From an uncultured delta proteobacterium (lineage in GTDB: Bacteria > Myxococcota_A > UBA9160 > SZUA-336), in NCBI GenBank assembly GCA_963704165.1, contig CAVPHD010000001.1, positions 480,001 to 544,000 of the forward strand: 64,000 bases of DNA, written 5' to 3'. Below are positions 28,544 to 41,269 of this stretch, one piece after another. Every line of letters starts with the position of its first letter. Within the stretch, counting starts at the first letter, position 1. The notes under the pieces are model-generated. The model made no database searches. It had not been told where the DNA came from and saw nothing but the letters and a program-made list of their open reading frames with translations. Made by a program: the position numbers and the translations under genes.

Positions 28544-30240
28544 TCGGCGTCGACCACCTGCAGTGTGAATGTGCTCGGCCCCACGCGAATCTCGAGCTTT
28601 CCGTTCGCGCACCGATCGACGCTGCATTCGAATTGACTTCCGGCGACGAGGATCGAGCAGGATCCCCGGTCGCTCGGAGCCGCATCGATCCGCCGTGTCG
28701 ATCCGCCGTCGACGCTCACGTCGCAGATCGCGGCGCTGATGCGCTCGACCGATACCCGGTGCGCGTCGCTGCCGAGCGTCACCACGAGCTCACCGGATCG
28801 ACCCTCGGCCAGCGTCGACGTCGCCGCGACCATCACCGCAACGGCTCTGGATTCCGATTCAGGGGAAGGGGCGGGCTTCTTCGCGAGGATCTCCGTCTCG
28901 ACGAAGCCCGTGTCGTAGTTCCCGGACAGGAACGTCTCGTTCTCGAGCACACGCAGGTGAAACGGGATCGAGGTCTTGATGCCGCGAATCGCGAACTCGC
29001 CGAGCGCGCGCTTCATCCGAGCGATCGCCTCACCGCGATTCCGGCCCCAAGAGACGAGCTTCGAGATCATCGGATCGTAGTGGACGCTGATCTCCGCTCC
29101 GGAGGAGACACCGGAGTCGTGGCGAATCCCCGGTCCGCCCGGCGGCTCGAAGGCGAGGATCGCACCCGGCGATGGCAGGAAGTTCCGGTCCGGATCCTCA
29201 GCATAGATGCGGCACTCGATCGCCCAGCCGTCGATCCCCACGTCCGCCTGCGAGAAGCCGATCGGCTCCCCCGCCGCGATCCGGATGCCGGCCTTCACGA
29301 TGTCGATGTTGGTGATCAGCTCGGTGACGGGGTGCTCGACCTGGACGCGCGTGTTCATCTCGAGGAAGTAGAACGCCTGCTTCTCGTCGACGAGAAACTC
29401 GACCGTGCCCGCGCCTTCGTAGCCGACGGCACGCGCGGCCACGACGGCGGCCTCGCCCATCCGCTCGCGAAGCCCTGGCGGAATCCGGTTCGCGGGCGCC
29501 TCCTCGATCAGCTTCTGGTGACGGCGTTGGACGGAGCACTCCCGCTCGAACAAGTGGATCACGTTCCCGTGCGAGTCCCCGAGGATCTGGATCTCGATGT
29601 GGCGCGGGTGGGTGACGAGCTTCTCGATGTAGATCGCGCCGTCGCCGAAGCTCGACTGCGCTTCCGAGCGGGCCCGCGTGATCGAGGGCAGCAGCATTGC
29701 CTCGTCACGTACGAGTCGCAGTCCCCGTCCGCCGCCGCCGGCCGAGGCCTTCACCATCACCGGCAAGCCGATCTTCCGCGCGAACTCGACCGCCTCGTCG
29801 TCCGAGAGTGTCTCGGTCGAGCCGGGCACGATCGGAACGCCCGCGGCCTGCATCAACCTGCGCGACGTCACCTTGTCGCCCATCGCGTCGATCGTCTCGG
29901 GCTTCGGGCCGATGAAGACGACTCCCGCATCGCGACACGCCTGCGCGAATCCGGCGTTCTCCGAGAGGAATCCGTAGCCGGGGTGGATGGCGTTCGCACC
30001 GCACTCGCGCGCGATCTCGATCATTCGCTCGCCGTTCAGATAGCTCTGCGAAGCCGGTGCGGGACCACACGGATACGCCTCGTCGGCGTGGCGGACGTGA
30101 AGCGCGGAACGATCGACTTCGGAGAACACCGCGACCGATCGGATGCCGAGCTCACGACACGCGCGCATGACGCGCACCGCGATCTCTCCGCGGTTGGCGA
30201 TCAGCACCTTCTCGAACGCCGGCTTCGGCGGCAGGCTCAG
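28540..30240 (-). CDS. accC: Biotin carboxylase subunit of an acyl-CoA carboxylase, C-terminal extension but no biotinyl domain
   Basis: [64 protein letters not shown]. Probable CTG start overlapping the maeB stop (first conventional start GTG 30207). Confidence 0.92.
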   Translation of the reverse strand: MSLPPKPAFEKVLIANRGEIAVRVMRACRELGIRSVAVFSEVDRSALHVRHADEAYPCGPAPASQSYLNGERMIEIARECGANAIHPGYGFLSENAGFAQACRDAGVVFIGPKPETIDAMGDKVTSRRLMQAAGVPIVPGSTETLSDDEAVEFARKIGLPVMVKASAGGGGRGLRLVRDEAMLLPSITRARSEAQSSFGDGAIYIEKLVTHPRHIEIQILGDSHGNVIHLFERECSVQRRHQKLIEEAPANRIPPGLRERMGEAAVVAARAVGYEGAGTVEFLVDEKQAFYFLEMNTRVQVEHPVTELITNIDIVKAGIRIAAGEPIGFSQADVGIDGWAIECRIYAEDPDRNFLPSPGAILAFEPPGGPGIRHDSGVSSGAEISVHYDPMISKLVSWGRNRGEAIARMKRALGEFAIRGIKTSIPFHLRVLENETFLSGNYDTGFVETEILAKKPAPSPESESRAVAVMVAATSTLAEGRSGELVVTLGSDAHRVSVERISAAICDVSVDGGSTRRIDAAPSDRGSCSILVAGSQFECSVDRCANGKLEIRVGPSTFTLQVVDAE

Positions 30241-32495
30241 TACTCCCTTTGTGCCTGCAGAACGGTGATCGCCGTGAGATTCACGATCTCGTCGACGGTC
30301 GCGGTGCGCTGGAGCGAGTTCATGGGATTGCGCATGCCCATCAGGATCGGGCCGACGACCGTCGCATTCCCGATCGATCCGATCATGCGCGTGGCGATGT
30401 GCGCGGACTCGAGATTCGGGAAGATCAGGACGTTCGCCTCGCCCTTGATCTCGGAGAAGCCGAAGCGCGTGGCGCGGCGCACCGGGTCGAGCGCGATGTC
30501 CGCCTGCATCTCACCGTCGATCACCAGGTCCTTCCAGCGCGACTTGGCGATCTCGACGGCCTTCGAGAGTCGGTTCGTGCGCTCGTCGCGCACGCTCCCG
30601 TAGTTCGACGACGAAAGCACGGCGACGACCGGATCGAAGCCGAACCAGCGCGCGGTTTCCGCGCCGAGATCGGAGATGTCGGCGAGCTCTTCGGCCGAGG
30701 GCTCGACGTTGACGGAGCCGTCGGCGAAGAACATCACGCGGTCCTTCTGGATCACGACGTAGACGCCGGCGGCGGCTTCGTGGCCGTCCGCGAGGCCGAC
30801 GACTTCGAAGGCGGGCAGGATCGACTCCGCGTAGGACTTCGTGAGGCCCGCGACCAGGCCATCGGCTGCGCCCATGCGCACCATCATCGCGCCGAAGTAG
30901 CTGCGCCGGCCGATCAGGCGCTCCGCGTCCTGCTCGGTCACACCCTTGCGCTTGCGCAGCTGGACGAGCTCGCGCTGGTACTCTTTCTGCTCGCTCGAGA
31001 GATGGTGGTCGATGATGGTGATGCCATCCAGCGCGACGCCGACCTTCGATGCCTGAGCGCGGATCTCGACCTCGGTGCCGAGAAGGATCGGATGGCAGAT
31101 CTGCTCCTCGTTCAGGATCTGAACCGCGCGAAGCACGCGCTCCTCGCTGCCTTCGGGGAAGACGATGCGCCTCGGCGCGCTCTTCGCCTTGTTGATCACC
31201 GTGCGCATCAGCTCGCGCGAGCTGCCCAGGTATCGCTCGAGCCGCTCTCGGTACTCGTCGAGGTCGATCGGAACGCGCGCGACGCCCGATTCCATCGCCG
31301 CCTTCGCCACGGCCATGGATTCGTAGATCAGCACACGCGGATCGAAGGGCTTCGGAATGATGTAGTTCGGCCCGAACTCGAAGCGCTCGCCCGGATAGGC
31401 GTGAAACACCTCTTCGGGCACGCCCTGCTCGCCCATCCGGGCCAGGTCCGCGAGCGCCTTCACCGCGGCGAGCTTCATCTCCAGGTTGATCTTGCGCGCG
31501 CGCACGTCGAGCGCGCCGCGGAAGATGAACGGGAAGCCGAGCACGTTGTTGACCTGGTTCGGATAGTCCGAGCGGCCCGTCGCCATGATCGCGTCGCCGC
31601 GCACTTCGGCGACCTCCGCCGGCGTGATCTCGGGATCGGGGTTCGCCATCGCGAAGATGATCGGGCTCGGAGCCATGCTGCGAACCATTTCCTTGGTCAC
31701 CAGACCCGCGGATGCCACGCCGACGAACGCGTCGGCGCCCTTCATGGCATCGACGAGCGTGCGTGCATTCGTCTGGCGCGCGAATCGGGCCTTGTACTTG
31801 TTCATTCCCTCCTTGCGGCCCTCGTAGATCACCCCCTTGCTGTCGGTCATGAGGATGTTCTCGGGGCGCACGCCGAGGTGCAGATAGAGATCCGCACAGG
31901 CAATGCCCGCGGCACCAGCGCCGGCGAATACGACCTTGGTGTCTTCGATCTTTCGATTCGTGAGGATCAGCGCGTTGATGAACGCGGCTGCCGAGATGAT
32001 CGCGGTGCCGTGCTGATCGTCGTGGAACACCGGGATGTTCATCTCCGCGATCAGACGCTCTTCGATCTCGAAGCACTCGGGCGCGCGGATGTCCTCGAGG
32101 TTGATCCCGCCGAACGTCGGCTCGAGCAGCTTGACGGTCTGGATGATCTTCTCCGGATCCTCCGTGTCGATCTCGAGGTCGAAGACATCGACGCCGGCAA
32201 AGCGCTTGAAGAGGACGCCCTTGCCCTCCATCACGGGCTTTCCGGCCAGCGCCCCGAGATTTCCGAGGCCGAGCACCGCGGTGCCGTTGGAGATCACCGC
32301 GACGAGGTTCCCGCGCGAGGTGTACTTGAAGGCGTCGTCCGGGTGCTTCTGGATCTCGAGGCAGGGCTCGGCCACGCCCGGCGTGTACGCGAGGGCGAGG
32401 TCGCGGGCGGTCAGGACGCTCTTGGTGGCGACGACCTCGATCTTTCCGGGCTTCCCCTTGCGGTGGTATTCGAGGGCCTGCTCCTTCGTGGTCAT
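30237..32495 (-). CDS. maeB: NADP-dependent malic enzyme fused to a phosphotransacetylase-like domain
   Basis: [50 protein letters not shown]-terminal [15 protein letters not shown]. Confidence 0.96.
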   Translation of the reverse strand: MTTKEQALEYHRKGKPGKIEVVATKSVLTARDLALAYTPGVAEPCLEIQKHPDDAFKYTSRGNLVAVISNGTAVLGLGNLGALAGKPVMEGKGVLFKRFAGVDVFDLEIDTEDPEKIIQTVKLLEPTFGGINLEDIRAPECFEIEERLIAEMNIPVFHDDQHGTAIISAAAFINALILTNRKIEDTKVVFAGAGAAGIACADLYLHLGVRPENILMTDSKGVIYEGRKEGMNKYKARFARQTNARTLVDAMKGADAFVGVASAGLVTKEMVRSMAPSPIIFAMANPDPEITPAEVAEVRGDAIMATGRSDYPNQVNNVLGFPFIFRGALDVRARKINLEMKLAAVKALADLARMGEQGVPEEVFHAYPGERFEFGPNYIIPKPFDPRVLIYESMAVAKAAMESGVARVPIDLDEYRERLERYLGSSRELMRTVINKAKSAPRRIVFPEGSEERVLRAVQILNEEQICHPILLGTEVEIRAQASKVGVALDGITIIDHHLSSEQKEYQRELVQLRKRKGVTEQDAERLIGRRSYFGAMMVRMGAADGLVAGLTKSYAESILPAFEVVGLADGHEAAAGVYVVIQKDRVMFFADGSVNVEPSAEELADISDLGAETARWFGFDPVVAVLSSSNYGSVRDERTNRLSKAVEIAKSRWKDLVIDGEMQADIALDPVRRATRFGFSEIKGEANVLIFPNLESAHIATRMIGSIGNATVVGPILMGMRNPMNSLQRTATVDEIVNLTAITVLQAQREY

Positions 32496-32574
32496 CGAGA
32501 TCGTCCTTACGGAATGGGCTGCAACCCGGGGGGTGAAGATCGTAGCGCGAAGTGCCTCGGAACGCGGCGCGCGG

Positions 32575-35322
32575 TCAGCCGAGCAACGCGAGCGTGGTCT
32601 CGCGGCGGCGTCCCGTCCGTTCCTCGTCGGATTCGAGTTCACGCCGCTCGTCGGGCTCGATCGCGAAGACCCGCTCGCCCTTTTTCACGATGCTGCCGTC
32701 CCGACCCGCCATCAGGTTCCTCGTGACGGTGCCCGGGTACGGCGCTGCGACCTTGTTGAACATCTTCATGACCTCGATCACGAAGAGCGGCTGTCCGGCT
32801 TCGAAGTGCTGGCCTTCCTCGATCAACGGAGGCAGGTGCGGAGCCTCGCGCGAGTAGAACGTGCCGCCCATCGGCGTGACGATCTCGTCGAAGGCGGCGG
32901 GCGGAGGAGGCGCGAGAGCACGCGCGAGCTCGGATGCCCGCGATTCGTCGAGGAAACGCTCCGGAAACACGATCGTCAGGTCGTCATCGACGTGGATGTC
33001 GAGGAAGCCCGTGCGTGCACCCAGACGCGGGATCACGAGCAGAAGCTCGAGGCCCAGCTGAAAACCCCGGTGCGCCGCCACGCAGCGAGACCAGAGCGCG
33101 TCGTCTCCGCCGCAGAGCGCGGCGAGTGGCTCGCCGGCGAAGAGTTTCTCGAGCGCGCCCGCGTCCTTCGCGCCGGTCGCCGCTTCGACCGCGGCGTAGA
33201 AGGCGCGCGCGGAGTCGAGGACCGCCGCATCGTGCTGCCAGATCTGCTCGGCGGGCGGCTTGTCGGCGCGCGCTTCGAGATCGAGGAAGTGATGGAGGCG
33301 CTCGAGAAAATCGATCGGGTTGGCCTCGAACGACACCTTCGTACCATCGGTCTTCCAGAGCTCACCGTCGTAGCGGCCGAGGAATCCCCCGATCAGGTGC
33401 GCGTTCGCGAACAGCCGCGCGAGCGGACGGAGCAGCAGGGTCTCCTTCGCCTCGAGCGCCGCGCGCGCGGCGGCATCGGACGTGCGCCCGACGAGCTGCG
33501 AAAAGGCGAACTCGAAGTCGATGCTGCTCGCGGTCTGCTCCAGCGCCCCGACCGCGCCGAGATACGACGTCATGAAGCGCGTGTTCGGCTCGGCCATGAC
33601 GCCGTGTCCGAGGAACCATTGGATCAGCCCGTAGTGGACCTCGCGGTTCGTCTGCAGATCGTCGCCCCGCAGCTCCATCCGCCGCAGGATCTCGGCCATG
33701 CGCTCGTAGTTCTCGAGTCGTGATTCCCCGTGTGTGAGAACCAGCGCGATGTTCGAGTCGTAGGCGCCGGCGACGTTGTAGTAGACGAACGAATTCGTGT
33801 CGGGATTGCGGATTCCGATGCCCTGATCGAAGCGCACCTCGTCGGGAAGTGGCCCCGACCAGCTGCGGATCAGTCCGCCGGCGTGGGGCTGGAGCGCGCG
33901 ATTGGTCGCGTTGACCCGCACTTCGACCGCGGAGAGATTCCGCGCCACGCGCTCCGGCTTCGGCACGCGCTTCCCATGCGCGGCGAGCAACGCCATCGCC
34001 TCGATCAGGCGCTCGACGTAGAAGTGCTCGCCTGGCTCGTCGGGGTTCGCGAAGCGCAGGCGATAGGCGAGCTCGGTCACGACGTGCTCGACCTGGATTC
34101 GCGTGTTCATCTCCATGAAGAAGAAGTCGAAGCCGTCGACGATGCACTCGAACGTGGACACGGAGTCGAGTCCGGTCGCCGAACCGAACCGTTCGCTCTC
34201 GGCTTCCATTCGCGCCAGATAGCCGCGGTCGCCGATCAAAACCTCACGCGTCGCTCCGCTCGCACACTCGATCTCGGCGTCGAGCAGCTCCACGGTGAGC
34301 GAGACTTCGATGAGCTTCTGCTCGTGCATCTGCACGGAGCAGTCCCGTCCGCCGAGCGAGATGCACCAGTCACCGTTGCCGATCAGCTGGATCTCGTTGT
34401 GGCGCGTGCGCTCGATGTTCAGCTCGACCAGGAAGTTCCGGTTCGAGCCTGGCTCGACGACCTTGGACTCGGCGCAGACGTCCATGACGGCGGCGGCGAT
34501 CTCCTCGGGTTTCGAGACGACGCGCTGTCCCTTCCCGCCACCACCTCCGATGTACTTGAAGCGGATGCGATGCGTCGGATAGTCGCGCCAGATTCCGGCA
34601 CAGACGCGCTCGGCTTCCCGCTGCAGATCCGCGATCCCGACGAGATCGACGCCCGCCGCGTAGCCCGCCTGCAGCAGCGCCTCCGCATTCAGCTCGAGCG
34701 AATCCTTGCCGCTCCAGGTGAACACGAGACCGGCATCCTTCGCCCGCTTCTCGAGGCCCTTCCGGTCCTTCGCGAGCTCGAGCAGCGCGCGCGTGCTGAC
34801 GTCGTCCACGCCGGGAATCACGGCGTTGCCGAGTCCACGGGCGAGCTTCTTCGCCTCGTCCTTCGCGCCGGCGCGTCGGAGCACGTGCGACGACGGACCC
34901 ATGAAGCCGATCCCGGCGCGCTCGATCGCCTCGACGAGGTCCGCGTCCTCCGCCATGAATCCATAGCCGGCGAAGACGTGCGTGTAGCCGTGCTCGAGCG
35001 CGATCGCGACGATCTCGCGGATCCGCGCCTGTTTCTGCTGCTGACCCGATCCCGTGTAGTCCTGCACGCGATGCACGTTCTGCGGGAAGCGGAACGAGCG
35101 CAGCTCCGGTGCGAGACAACGCGGGTAGACCACGGAGTCCTTCTCCGAGAGCAGCATTCCGTACTCGCGCACGCCGATCTCGTCGAAGACCTGGAAGGCC
35201 TCGAGCCTCACCGGGCCCCGGCAGACCACGAGCACCTTCAGCGCATCGAGAGCGAACGAGCGCAGCCACGGGCTCTCGCATTCGCCGAAGCGCCGCGGCA
35301 CGAGGTCGCGATCGAGCATCAC
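32575..35322 (-). CDS. Large biotin carboxylase + biotin carrier subunit of an acyl-CoA carboxylase
   Basis: [48 protein letters not shown]-terminal biotinylation motif EVMKMFN. Confidence 0.9.
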   Translation of the reverse strand: MMLDRDLVPRRFGECESPWLRSFALDALKVLVVCRGPVRLEAFQVFDEIGVREYGMLLSEKDSVVYPRCLAPELRSFRFPQNVHRVQDYTGSGQQQKQARIREIVAIALEHGYTHVFAGYGFMAEDADLVEAIERAGIGFMGPSSHVLRRAGAKDEAKKLARGLGNAVIPGVDDVSTRALLELAKDRKGLEKRAKDAGLVFTWSGKDSLELNAEALLQAGYAAGVDLVGIADLQREAERVCAGIWRDYPTHRIRFKYIGGGGGKGQRVVSKPEEIAAAVMDVCAESKVVEPGSNRNFLVELNIERTRHNEIQLIGNGDWCISLGGRDCSVQMHEQKLIEVSLTVELLDAEIECASGATREVLIGDRGYLARMEAESERFGSATGLDSVSTFECIVDGFDFFFMEMNTRIQVEHVVTELAYRLRFANPDEPGEHFYVERLIEAMALLAAHGKRVPKPERVARNLSAVEVRVNATNRALQPHAGGLIRSWSGPLPDEVRFDQGIGIRNPDTNSFVYYNVAGAYDSNIALVLTHGESRLENYERMAEILRRMELRGDDLQTNREVHYGLIQWFLGHGVMAEPNTRFMTSYLGAVGALEQTASSIDFEFAFSQLVGRTSDAAARAALEAKETLLLRPLARLFANAHLIGGFLGRYDGELWKTDGTKVSFEANPIDFLERLHHFLDLEARADKPPAEQIWQHDAAVLDSARAFYAAVEAATGAKDAGALEKLFAGEPLAALCGGDDALWSRCVAAHRGFQLGLELLLVIPRLGARTGFLDIHVDDDLTIVFPERFLDESRASELARALAPPPPAAFDEIVTPMGGTFYSREAPHLPPLIEEGQHFEAGQPLFVIEVMKMFNKVAAPYPGTVTRNLMAGRDGSIVKKGERVFAIEPDERRELESDEERTGRRRETTLALLG

Positions 35323-36992
35323 TCGAACTCCCGCTGCGGGCCGGACATCGGCGAGGGCGTGTACGTGCGCATCAGGAACGCGAGGTGCTCGCCGAGCACG
35401 CGCCGGCTCGTGCCCGGCATGACGATGCGCGACACCGAGCCGAGCGAGAGCGCCTCGTTCGGATTCATCAGCTCACGCTCGTAGCGTTCCCGGAGCTGCT
35501 TCAAGCCGGCATCGCGCGCGCGCCGTGCCTCGGCGTCGTCGGACCCGTTCGCGAGCGCGTTCTTGTATTCGGCCTCGATCGCGCGAAGCTCGTCCTTGAA
35601 GACGAACTGCGCGCCACCCCCCGCATCCATCACGGAGATCCGCGCCATCGGCATGGCGAAGACCGCGTCCGCGCCGGTGAAGTGGGAGTTGTAGGCGGCA
35701 TAGGCGCCGCCGAACGCGTTCCGGATGATCAGCGTCATCGAAGGCACGCGGATGTCGATGATCGCGTCGAGCAGGCGTCGGCCTTCGAGGATGATGCCGC
35801 GCGTCTCCTGATCGGTCCCCGGGGTGAATCCGGAGACGTCCTCGAGAAAGATCATCGGCACGTTGTAGAGGTTGCAGAAGCGGATGAATCGCGTTCCCTT
35901 GCGCGCGGCATCGACGTCGATCTGACCGCTCGCGACCGCGGAGTTGTTCGCGATGAAGCCGACCACGTGGCCGCCGATCCGGCCGAACGCGGTGATCAGG
36001 TTTCGCGCGCGTGCGGGCTGCAGCTCGAAATACTCGCCGTGGTCGACGATCTGCTGCAGGAAGAGCGTGATGTCGAGCGGTGCGCTCATTCCCGCGGGCG
36101 AATCGAACGTCTTGCGGAACAGGATGTCCTCTTCGACGGTGAACCGGTCGATCGGATCGCTCGTCGGCCGGAACGGAGCGGAAACGCGGCAATTGTCGGG
36201 GAGATACGAGAGCAGACGGAGCGCGGTGCGCAGCGAGCCGACCTCGTCGGTCGTCGTCAGATCGCAGACTCCGTTCAGCCCGTGCACACCCGGGCCGCCG
36301 AGCGCGTCCGCCGTCACGTCCTCGCCGAGTGCGGCCTTCACGACACCCGGCCCGGTGAGCCCGATGAACGTGTCGGTGCACTGGACCATGAACGAGCCCT
36401 GGCGCGGCAGGTACGCGCCGCCGCCGGCGTTGTAGCCGAACATCAGGCTGATGCTCGGCACGACGCCCGAGATCCGGCGCAGCGCCGTGAACGCCTCGCT
36501 GTAGCCGTCGAGTCCACCGACGCCCGCGGGCACGAAGGCGCCGGCCGAATCGTTCATGCCGATCAGCGGGATGCCGCGCTCCGCCGCCATGTAGATCAGC
36601 CGCGCGAGCTTCGCGCCGTTGGTCGCGTCCATCGAGCCGGCGCGGAGCGTGAAGTCGTGACCGTAGACCGCGACGTCGCGTCCGCCGATCGAGAGCACGC
36701 CCGTGACGATCGACGCGCCGTCGAGCGACTTGCCCCAGTTCTGCCAGAGCAGGTTCGGCTCGCGGTCGGAGAGCACCTTCAGGCGCTCGAAGACGGTCAT
36801 GCGGTTCTTGGCGTGCTGGACGCGAACCCGCGCCGGGCCGCCCCCGCGTTTTGGCCGCTCGAGCAGCTCGAGGCCGCGCTCGATCGATTCCTCGTAGACG
36901 GCGGCCGACGGGTGCAGCGAGGCAACGGCCTTCGCTGGCGCGCTCGCGGCCAGCGGATTCTCTAGCAGGTACTTCGGAGTCTCAGTCGCCAT
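35319..36992 (-). CDS. Acyl-CoA carboxylase carboxyltransferase subunit
   Basis: [55 protein letters not shown]. Stop overlaps the next start. Confidence 0.93.
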   Translation of the reverse strand: MATETPKYLLENPLAASAPAKAVASLHPSAAVYEESIERGLELLERPKRGGGPARVRVQHAKNRMTVFERLKVLSDREPNLLWQNWGKSLDGASIVTGVLSIGGRDVAVYGHDFTLRAGSMDATNGAKLARLIYMAAERGIPLIGMNDSAGAFVPAGVGGLDGYSEAFTALRRISGVVPSISLMFGYNAGGGAYLPRQGSFMVQCTDTFIGLTGPGVVKAALGEDVTADALGGPGVHGLNGVCDLTTTDEVGSLRTALRLLSYLPDNCRVSAPFRPTSDPIDRFTVEEDILFRKTFDSPAGMSAPLDITLFLQQIVDHGEYFELQPARARNLITAFGRIGGHVVGFIANNSAVASGQIDVDAARKGTRFIRFCNLYNVPMIFLEDVSGFTPGTDQETRGIILEGRRLLDAIIDIRVPSMTLIIRNAFGGAYAAYNSHFTGADAVFAMPMARISVMDAGGGAQFVFKDELRAIEAEYKNALANGSDDAEARRARDAGLKQLRERYERELMNPNEALSLGSVSRIVMPGTSRRVLGEHLAFLMRTYTPSPMSGPQREFE

Positions 36993-37101
36993 GCCGGGGG
37001 CCCCTCCAAAGGCCAGAGCTTCGGCCCTCGGCCCGACCGCGTCGCTCGCCGGTGGGGGGCGCAGGATACCAGATCGCCCCATCGACCCGTCCGGGTCGCT
37101 C

Positions 37102-37752
37102 CTAGCGGTTCTTCACCTTCTCCCAGTCGGCCAGGAACTGCTCGATGCCCTTGTCGGTGAGCGGGTGCTTGGCGAGCGCGAAGAGCACGCCCGGGGGCAT
37201 CGTGGCGATGTCGGCGCCGATGCGCGCGGACTCGAGGACGTGCAGCGGGCTTCGGATGCTGGCGACGAGGATCTCCGTCGGGATGTCGTAGTTCTCGAAG
37301 ATCTCCTTGATCTGGGCGATCACGGCCATGCCCGATTCGGGCTGGATGTCGTCGAGTCGACCGACGAACGGCGAGATCATCGAGGCGCCGGCCTTGGCGG
37401 CCATCAACGCCTGGATCGGCGTGAAGATCAGGGTGCAATTCGTCGGGATCTCCTGGCTGGAAAGGATCCGGATCGCCTTCAGTCCCTCGGTCGTCATCGG
37501 GATCTTGACCACGATGTTCGATGCGACTTTGCGCCACTCGAGCCCTTCGCGGACCATGCCCTCGGAGTCGAGCGAGACGACCTCGGCGCTGATCGGGCCG
37601 TCGCAGATCTTCGTGATCTCGCGGACCACGTCGCGCGGATCACCTTTCTCTTTGGCGAGCAGGCTCGGGTTGGTGGTGACGCCGTCGCACAGGCCCAGCG
37701 CCACGCCCTCGCGGATGTCGGGAACGTGCGCCGTATCGAGGAAGAACTTCAT
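37102..37752 (-). CDS. fsa: Transaldolase / fructose-6-phosphate aldolase (short type)
   Basis: [49 protein letters not shown]. Confidence 0.95.
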   Translation of the reverse strand: MKFFLDTAHVPDIREGVALGLCDGVTTNPSLLAKEKGDPRDVVREITKICDGPISAEVVSLDSEGMVREGLEWRKVASNIVVKIPMTTEGLKAIRILSSQEIPTNCTLIFTPIQALMAAKAGASMISPFVGRLDDIQPESGMAVIAQIKEIFENYDIPTEILVASIRSPLHVLESARIGADIATMPPGVLFALAKHPLTDKGIEQFLADWEKVKNR

Positions 37753-37777
37753 CGCGGATCCTCCAGGGGGTCGGATC

Positions 37778-38269
37778 TCACAGTTTCTCGACTCGGAGGG
37801 GATCGTCAAGGTCGGCGAGCAGGGCTGCGACCGTGCGCTTCTGCCCGGGCGCGACGAGACCCGGGGCGAGCTCGGCGAGCGGCGCGAGAACGAAGCGGCG
37901 CGATGCGAGACCGGGATGCGGCACGGTCAGGGCGTCGGTCCGGAGCTCGAGGTCGCCGAAGATCAGCAGGTCGAGGTCGAGCCGGCGCGGGGCCCAGCGC
38001 TCGCGCTGCGCGGGCCGGCCAAATCGGCGTTCGAGCGCGAGCAGGCGGTCGAGACAGGCCGACGCGTCGCCCTCGAGCTCGATCTCGACGACTGCGTTCA
38101 CGAACCAACCCTGTGGCGCGGCCGAGCCGGGCTCCGCCAGCGGCTCCGTGCGCCAGAGCGACGAGGCCCGACACGGCCCCCAGCTCCAGAGCTCTGCGAT
38201 CGCCGCCCGTACCTGCGCTTCCGCGGCGCCGAGGTTCGCGCCGACGCCGACGTAGGCCTTCGGGCTCAG
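37778..38269 (-). CDS. folK: 2-amino-4-hydroxy-6-hydroxymethyldihydropteridine diphosphokinase
   Basis: [49 protein letters not shown]. Confidence 0.93.
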   Translation of the reverse strand: MSPKAYVGVGANLGAAEAQVRAAIAELWSWGPCRASSLWRTEPLAEPGSAAPQGWFVNAVVEIELEGDASACLDRLLALERRFGRPAQRERWAPRRLDLDLLIFGDLELRTDALTVPHPGLASRRFVLAPLAELAPGLVAPGQKRTVAALLADLDDPLRVEKL

Positions 38270-38788
38270 CCTTCCTTCTCCCCGGGCAGGCTCGAGCGGC
38301 TGACGCCGTCCTCGGTCTCGTGGGTGACGACATCGAGGAGCAGCAGCACGACGCCGATCACGATCGCAGAATCGGCCACGTTGAAATCCGGAAAGACGAA
38401 GAGCCCGAAGATCGAACTGCAGGAAGTCCACGACCTCGCCGCCGCGCAGGATCCGGTCGATGAGATTGCCGACCGCGCCCGAGACGATCAGGCCGAGCGA
38501 CACCGCCGAGAGTCGGTCGCCGGGCTCGATGCGCCGGAAGAACGATCCGATCATCACCAGCGCCACGAGCGCGAGCACGACGAAGACGATCACGGGCAGA
38601 CCCTGCGCGAGACCGAGTGCCCCGCCGGGATTGCGCGCGTGGGTCACGCGGAAGAATCCATCGAGCATCTCGATCGGCACCCAGTAGCTGCCGCGCTCGA
38701 TGTACGCCGAAACCAGGCTCTTGGTGATCTGATCGAGCGGCACGATCACGGCGATGAGCGCCAGCAGGGTGCGAAGCTTCGGGGTCAT
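38266..38788 (-). CDS. lspA: Lipoprotein signal peptidase II, one +1 frameshift near 38408
   Basis: DQITK, NPGGALG, GAVGNLIDR, VVDFL. The corrected frame continues FPDFNVADSAI...EKEG*. Confidence 0.92.
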
Positions 38789-38809
38789 GGCTCGCTCTCT
38801 ACCAAATCG

Positions 38810-41193
38810 TCATCGCCCGCGCCCGAACCAGCCAAGGACGCTCTCGAGCGCGCGCCGGACCGGATTCTCGCGCGATCTCGAGGCCGGTGGACGGGTCCCC
38901 GTCGGCTTCTGCGCAGAGTCGGAGCCGAGACCACGGAAGATCCCGCACACGCCTTCGGGCGCCGTTCCGCGCAGAAAGACCTCGCGATCGCCCCCGCACA
39001 TGAATCCGGCGCGAAGTCCCGATTCCACGTCGACGTCGACCGATTCGACACCGGTGGGGACGGTGAACTCCTCGGCGGGCGCCTTGCCCCGCGCGACTTC
39101 GAGCACGTCGGCGAAGATAGGAAGCGCAGCGACCGAACCGGTCACGCGCGCGCTCTCGCCGTCGTCGAAACCGACCCAGACGGCGATCACGATCTCGGGC
39201 GTGTAGCCGATGAACCAGGCGTCGCGGTAGTCGGAGCTCGTGCCCGTCTTGCCGGCGATGTCGCCGCGGAATCCCATCGCTCGCAGCGCCGCCCCGGTGC
39301 CGCGGTCGACGACTCCCTCGCAGCGCGGAGGTGACCAGGTAGACCTCGGCCGGGTCGAATGCCGTCTCGGCCTCGCGAGGACGCTCCTCGAGCACGCGTC
39401 CGTCCGCGCGAACCACACCGGTGTAGGAGCGCAACATCGGCAACGAGCCCTCCGCCGCGAGCACCGAGTAGGCCCGTGCGACCTCCAGAACCGTGACCTC
39501 GAACGATCCGAGCGAGACGCTCGGCACGGGCGCGAGCGGGCTCTTGATGCCGAGTCGCCGCGCCGTCTCGACGATCCGCTCGGGACCGACCGCGATGCCG
39601 AGCTTCGCGATCGGAACGTTCAGCGACTTCTCGATCGCCTCGCGCAACCGTCACGGTGCCGTGGTACTCGCCGTCGTAATTCACCGGCTTCCAGGTGCCG
39701 CTCGGAAGCTTCAGCGTGAACTGCTCGTCCTCGAGCTTCGAGAGCAGCGTGAAGCGAGCCGCTCCGGCGCTGCGTCCGACCGCGGCGAGCAGAACGATCG
39801 GCTTGAAGACGCTTCCCGGCTGGCGCAGCGCCTGCGTCGCGCGATTGAACTGGCTCCGCTTGTAGTCGCGACCACCGACGAGCGCGAGCACCTCGCCGCT
39901 GCGCGGGGAGAGCGCGACGACCGCCGCCTGAAGCGGGGACTCCGGCCGGCGCAGCTTCGGATAGTCCTTCTCGAGCCGCTCGAGGCCGCGTCGTGACCGC
40001 CGCGTTGGCCGCACGCTGCAGCTCGGCTGTCGAGCGTCGAGTAGATCGCCATCCCCTCGCTCTGCAGGATCTCTTCGCCGTATCTCTCCGAAAGCTCCTG
40101 ACGCAGCTCCTCGACGAAGTACGGCGCGACGTGCTCGTCCACGTACACGTCGCGCACGCCGAGATCCGCGATCAGCGGCGCTCTCGTAGGCATCGCGATC
40201 GATCCTGTTCTGCTCGCGCAGCACGGAGAGCACCAGGTCGCGGCGTTTGCGCGCGGCCTCGGGGTGCTTGTACGGCGAGTAGAGATTGGGACCCTTGATC
40301 ATCCCGGCGAGCAGCGCGGCCTCGGGCAGCGTGAGTTCGCCGACCCGCTTGCCGAAGTAGTGCTGCGAGGCCTCGCCGACGCCGTGGATGGCGACCGAGC
40401 CGCGCTGGCCCATGTAGACCTCGTTGAGATACGCCTCGAGGATCTCGCGCTTGGTGTGATTGCGTTCGAGCAGGAGCGCCATCAGCGCTTCCGTCGCCTT
40501 GCGCGTGAGCGTGCGCTCATGGGTCAGGTAGAAGTTCTTCGCGAGCTGCTGCGTGAGTGTGCTGCCGCCCTGCACGACGCGGCGGGCGCGCAGGTTGGCG
40601 AGCATCGCGCCGGCGATGCGCCAGACGTGGATGCCGCTGTGCTCGAAGAAGGACTGGTCCTCGACCGAGATGATCGCATCGACGAGCGCCGGAGGGACGT
40701 CGGCGAGGGCTTCGAGACGCCGATCCGCTCGTTCCACGCCGTGAAACTGCGCGATGATCTCGGGCTCGAGCGTCGCCGACGCGAGCAGGTCGCCGGCCGG
40801 GTCTCGCACCGCGGCGATGCGAGTTCCGGTCAGGCGCAGCGCGAAGAGCCGGGCCGGGTCGTTGCGGTCGGGCAGGCGCACGGCGCGGCGGTAGATCTCG
40901 AGCAGCTCCGCGGACTTCCGGTACTCGCCCGGCCGAAGCGGCCGTTTGGCGCTGACGGCCACCAGATAGCCCATCCGATCGAGCCGTTCGCGCAGGCGAA
41001 TCCGCTCGATATCGGTGCCGGGGCGAAGCTCGAGCGGCCGCGAGTACACGCGAGACGGAACGGCGAAGAGTCGGCCCTGGAAGCGCGCCTCGACCCGGTC
41101 CTCCAGGTCCGAGACGGCGCGGAGACCGAAGACCCCCACGAGCACGAGGAGGATCGCGAACAGGAGCGTCGCTCTCGGGAGATGTCTGCGCAC
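38810..41193 (-). CDS. mrcB: Class A penicillin-binding protein PBP1B, five +1 frameshifts
   Basis: TM anchor, UB2H-like region, transglycosylase EDQSF/GGSTLTQQLAKN/RKATE, transpeptidase SVFK, SLN, KTGT spread over several frames. Confidence 0.88.
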
Positions 41194-41269
41194 GAGCAGA
41201 GCTTATTGCGCGCGAGTCGCTTGCGCGCCCCCCTTCGCGCGGGCATCCTCGTCCGGCCCCGAGGGAAGA

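Noticed and set aside
30249..35484. Long + strand ORFs (825, 562 and 584 aa) opposite maeB and the carboxylase
   Set aside because: Antisense shadows of high-GC coding sequence with no recognisable motifs. The same applies to most Arg/Ala-rich alternative ORFs in the track.
37778..38788. Apparent LspA-FolK fusion (336-aa ORF)
   Set aside because: One extra base near 38408 shifts lspA into the folK frame. The true lspA C-terminus (FNVADSAI...) and its own stop are in the adjacent frame.
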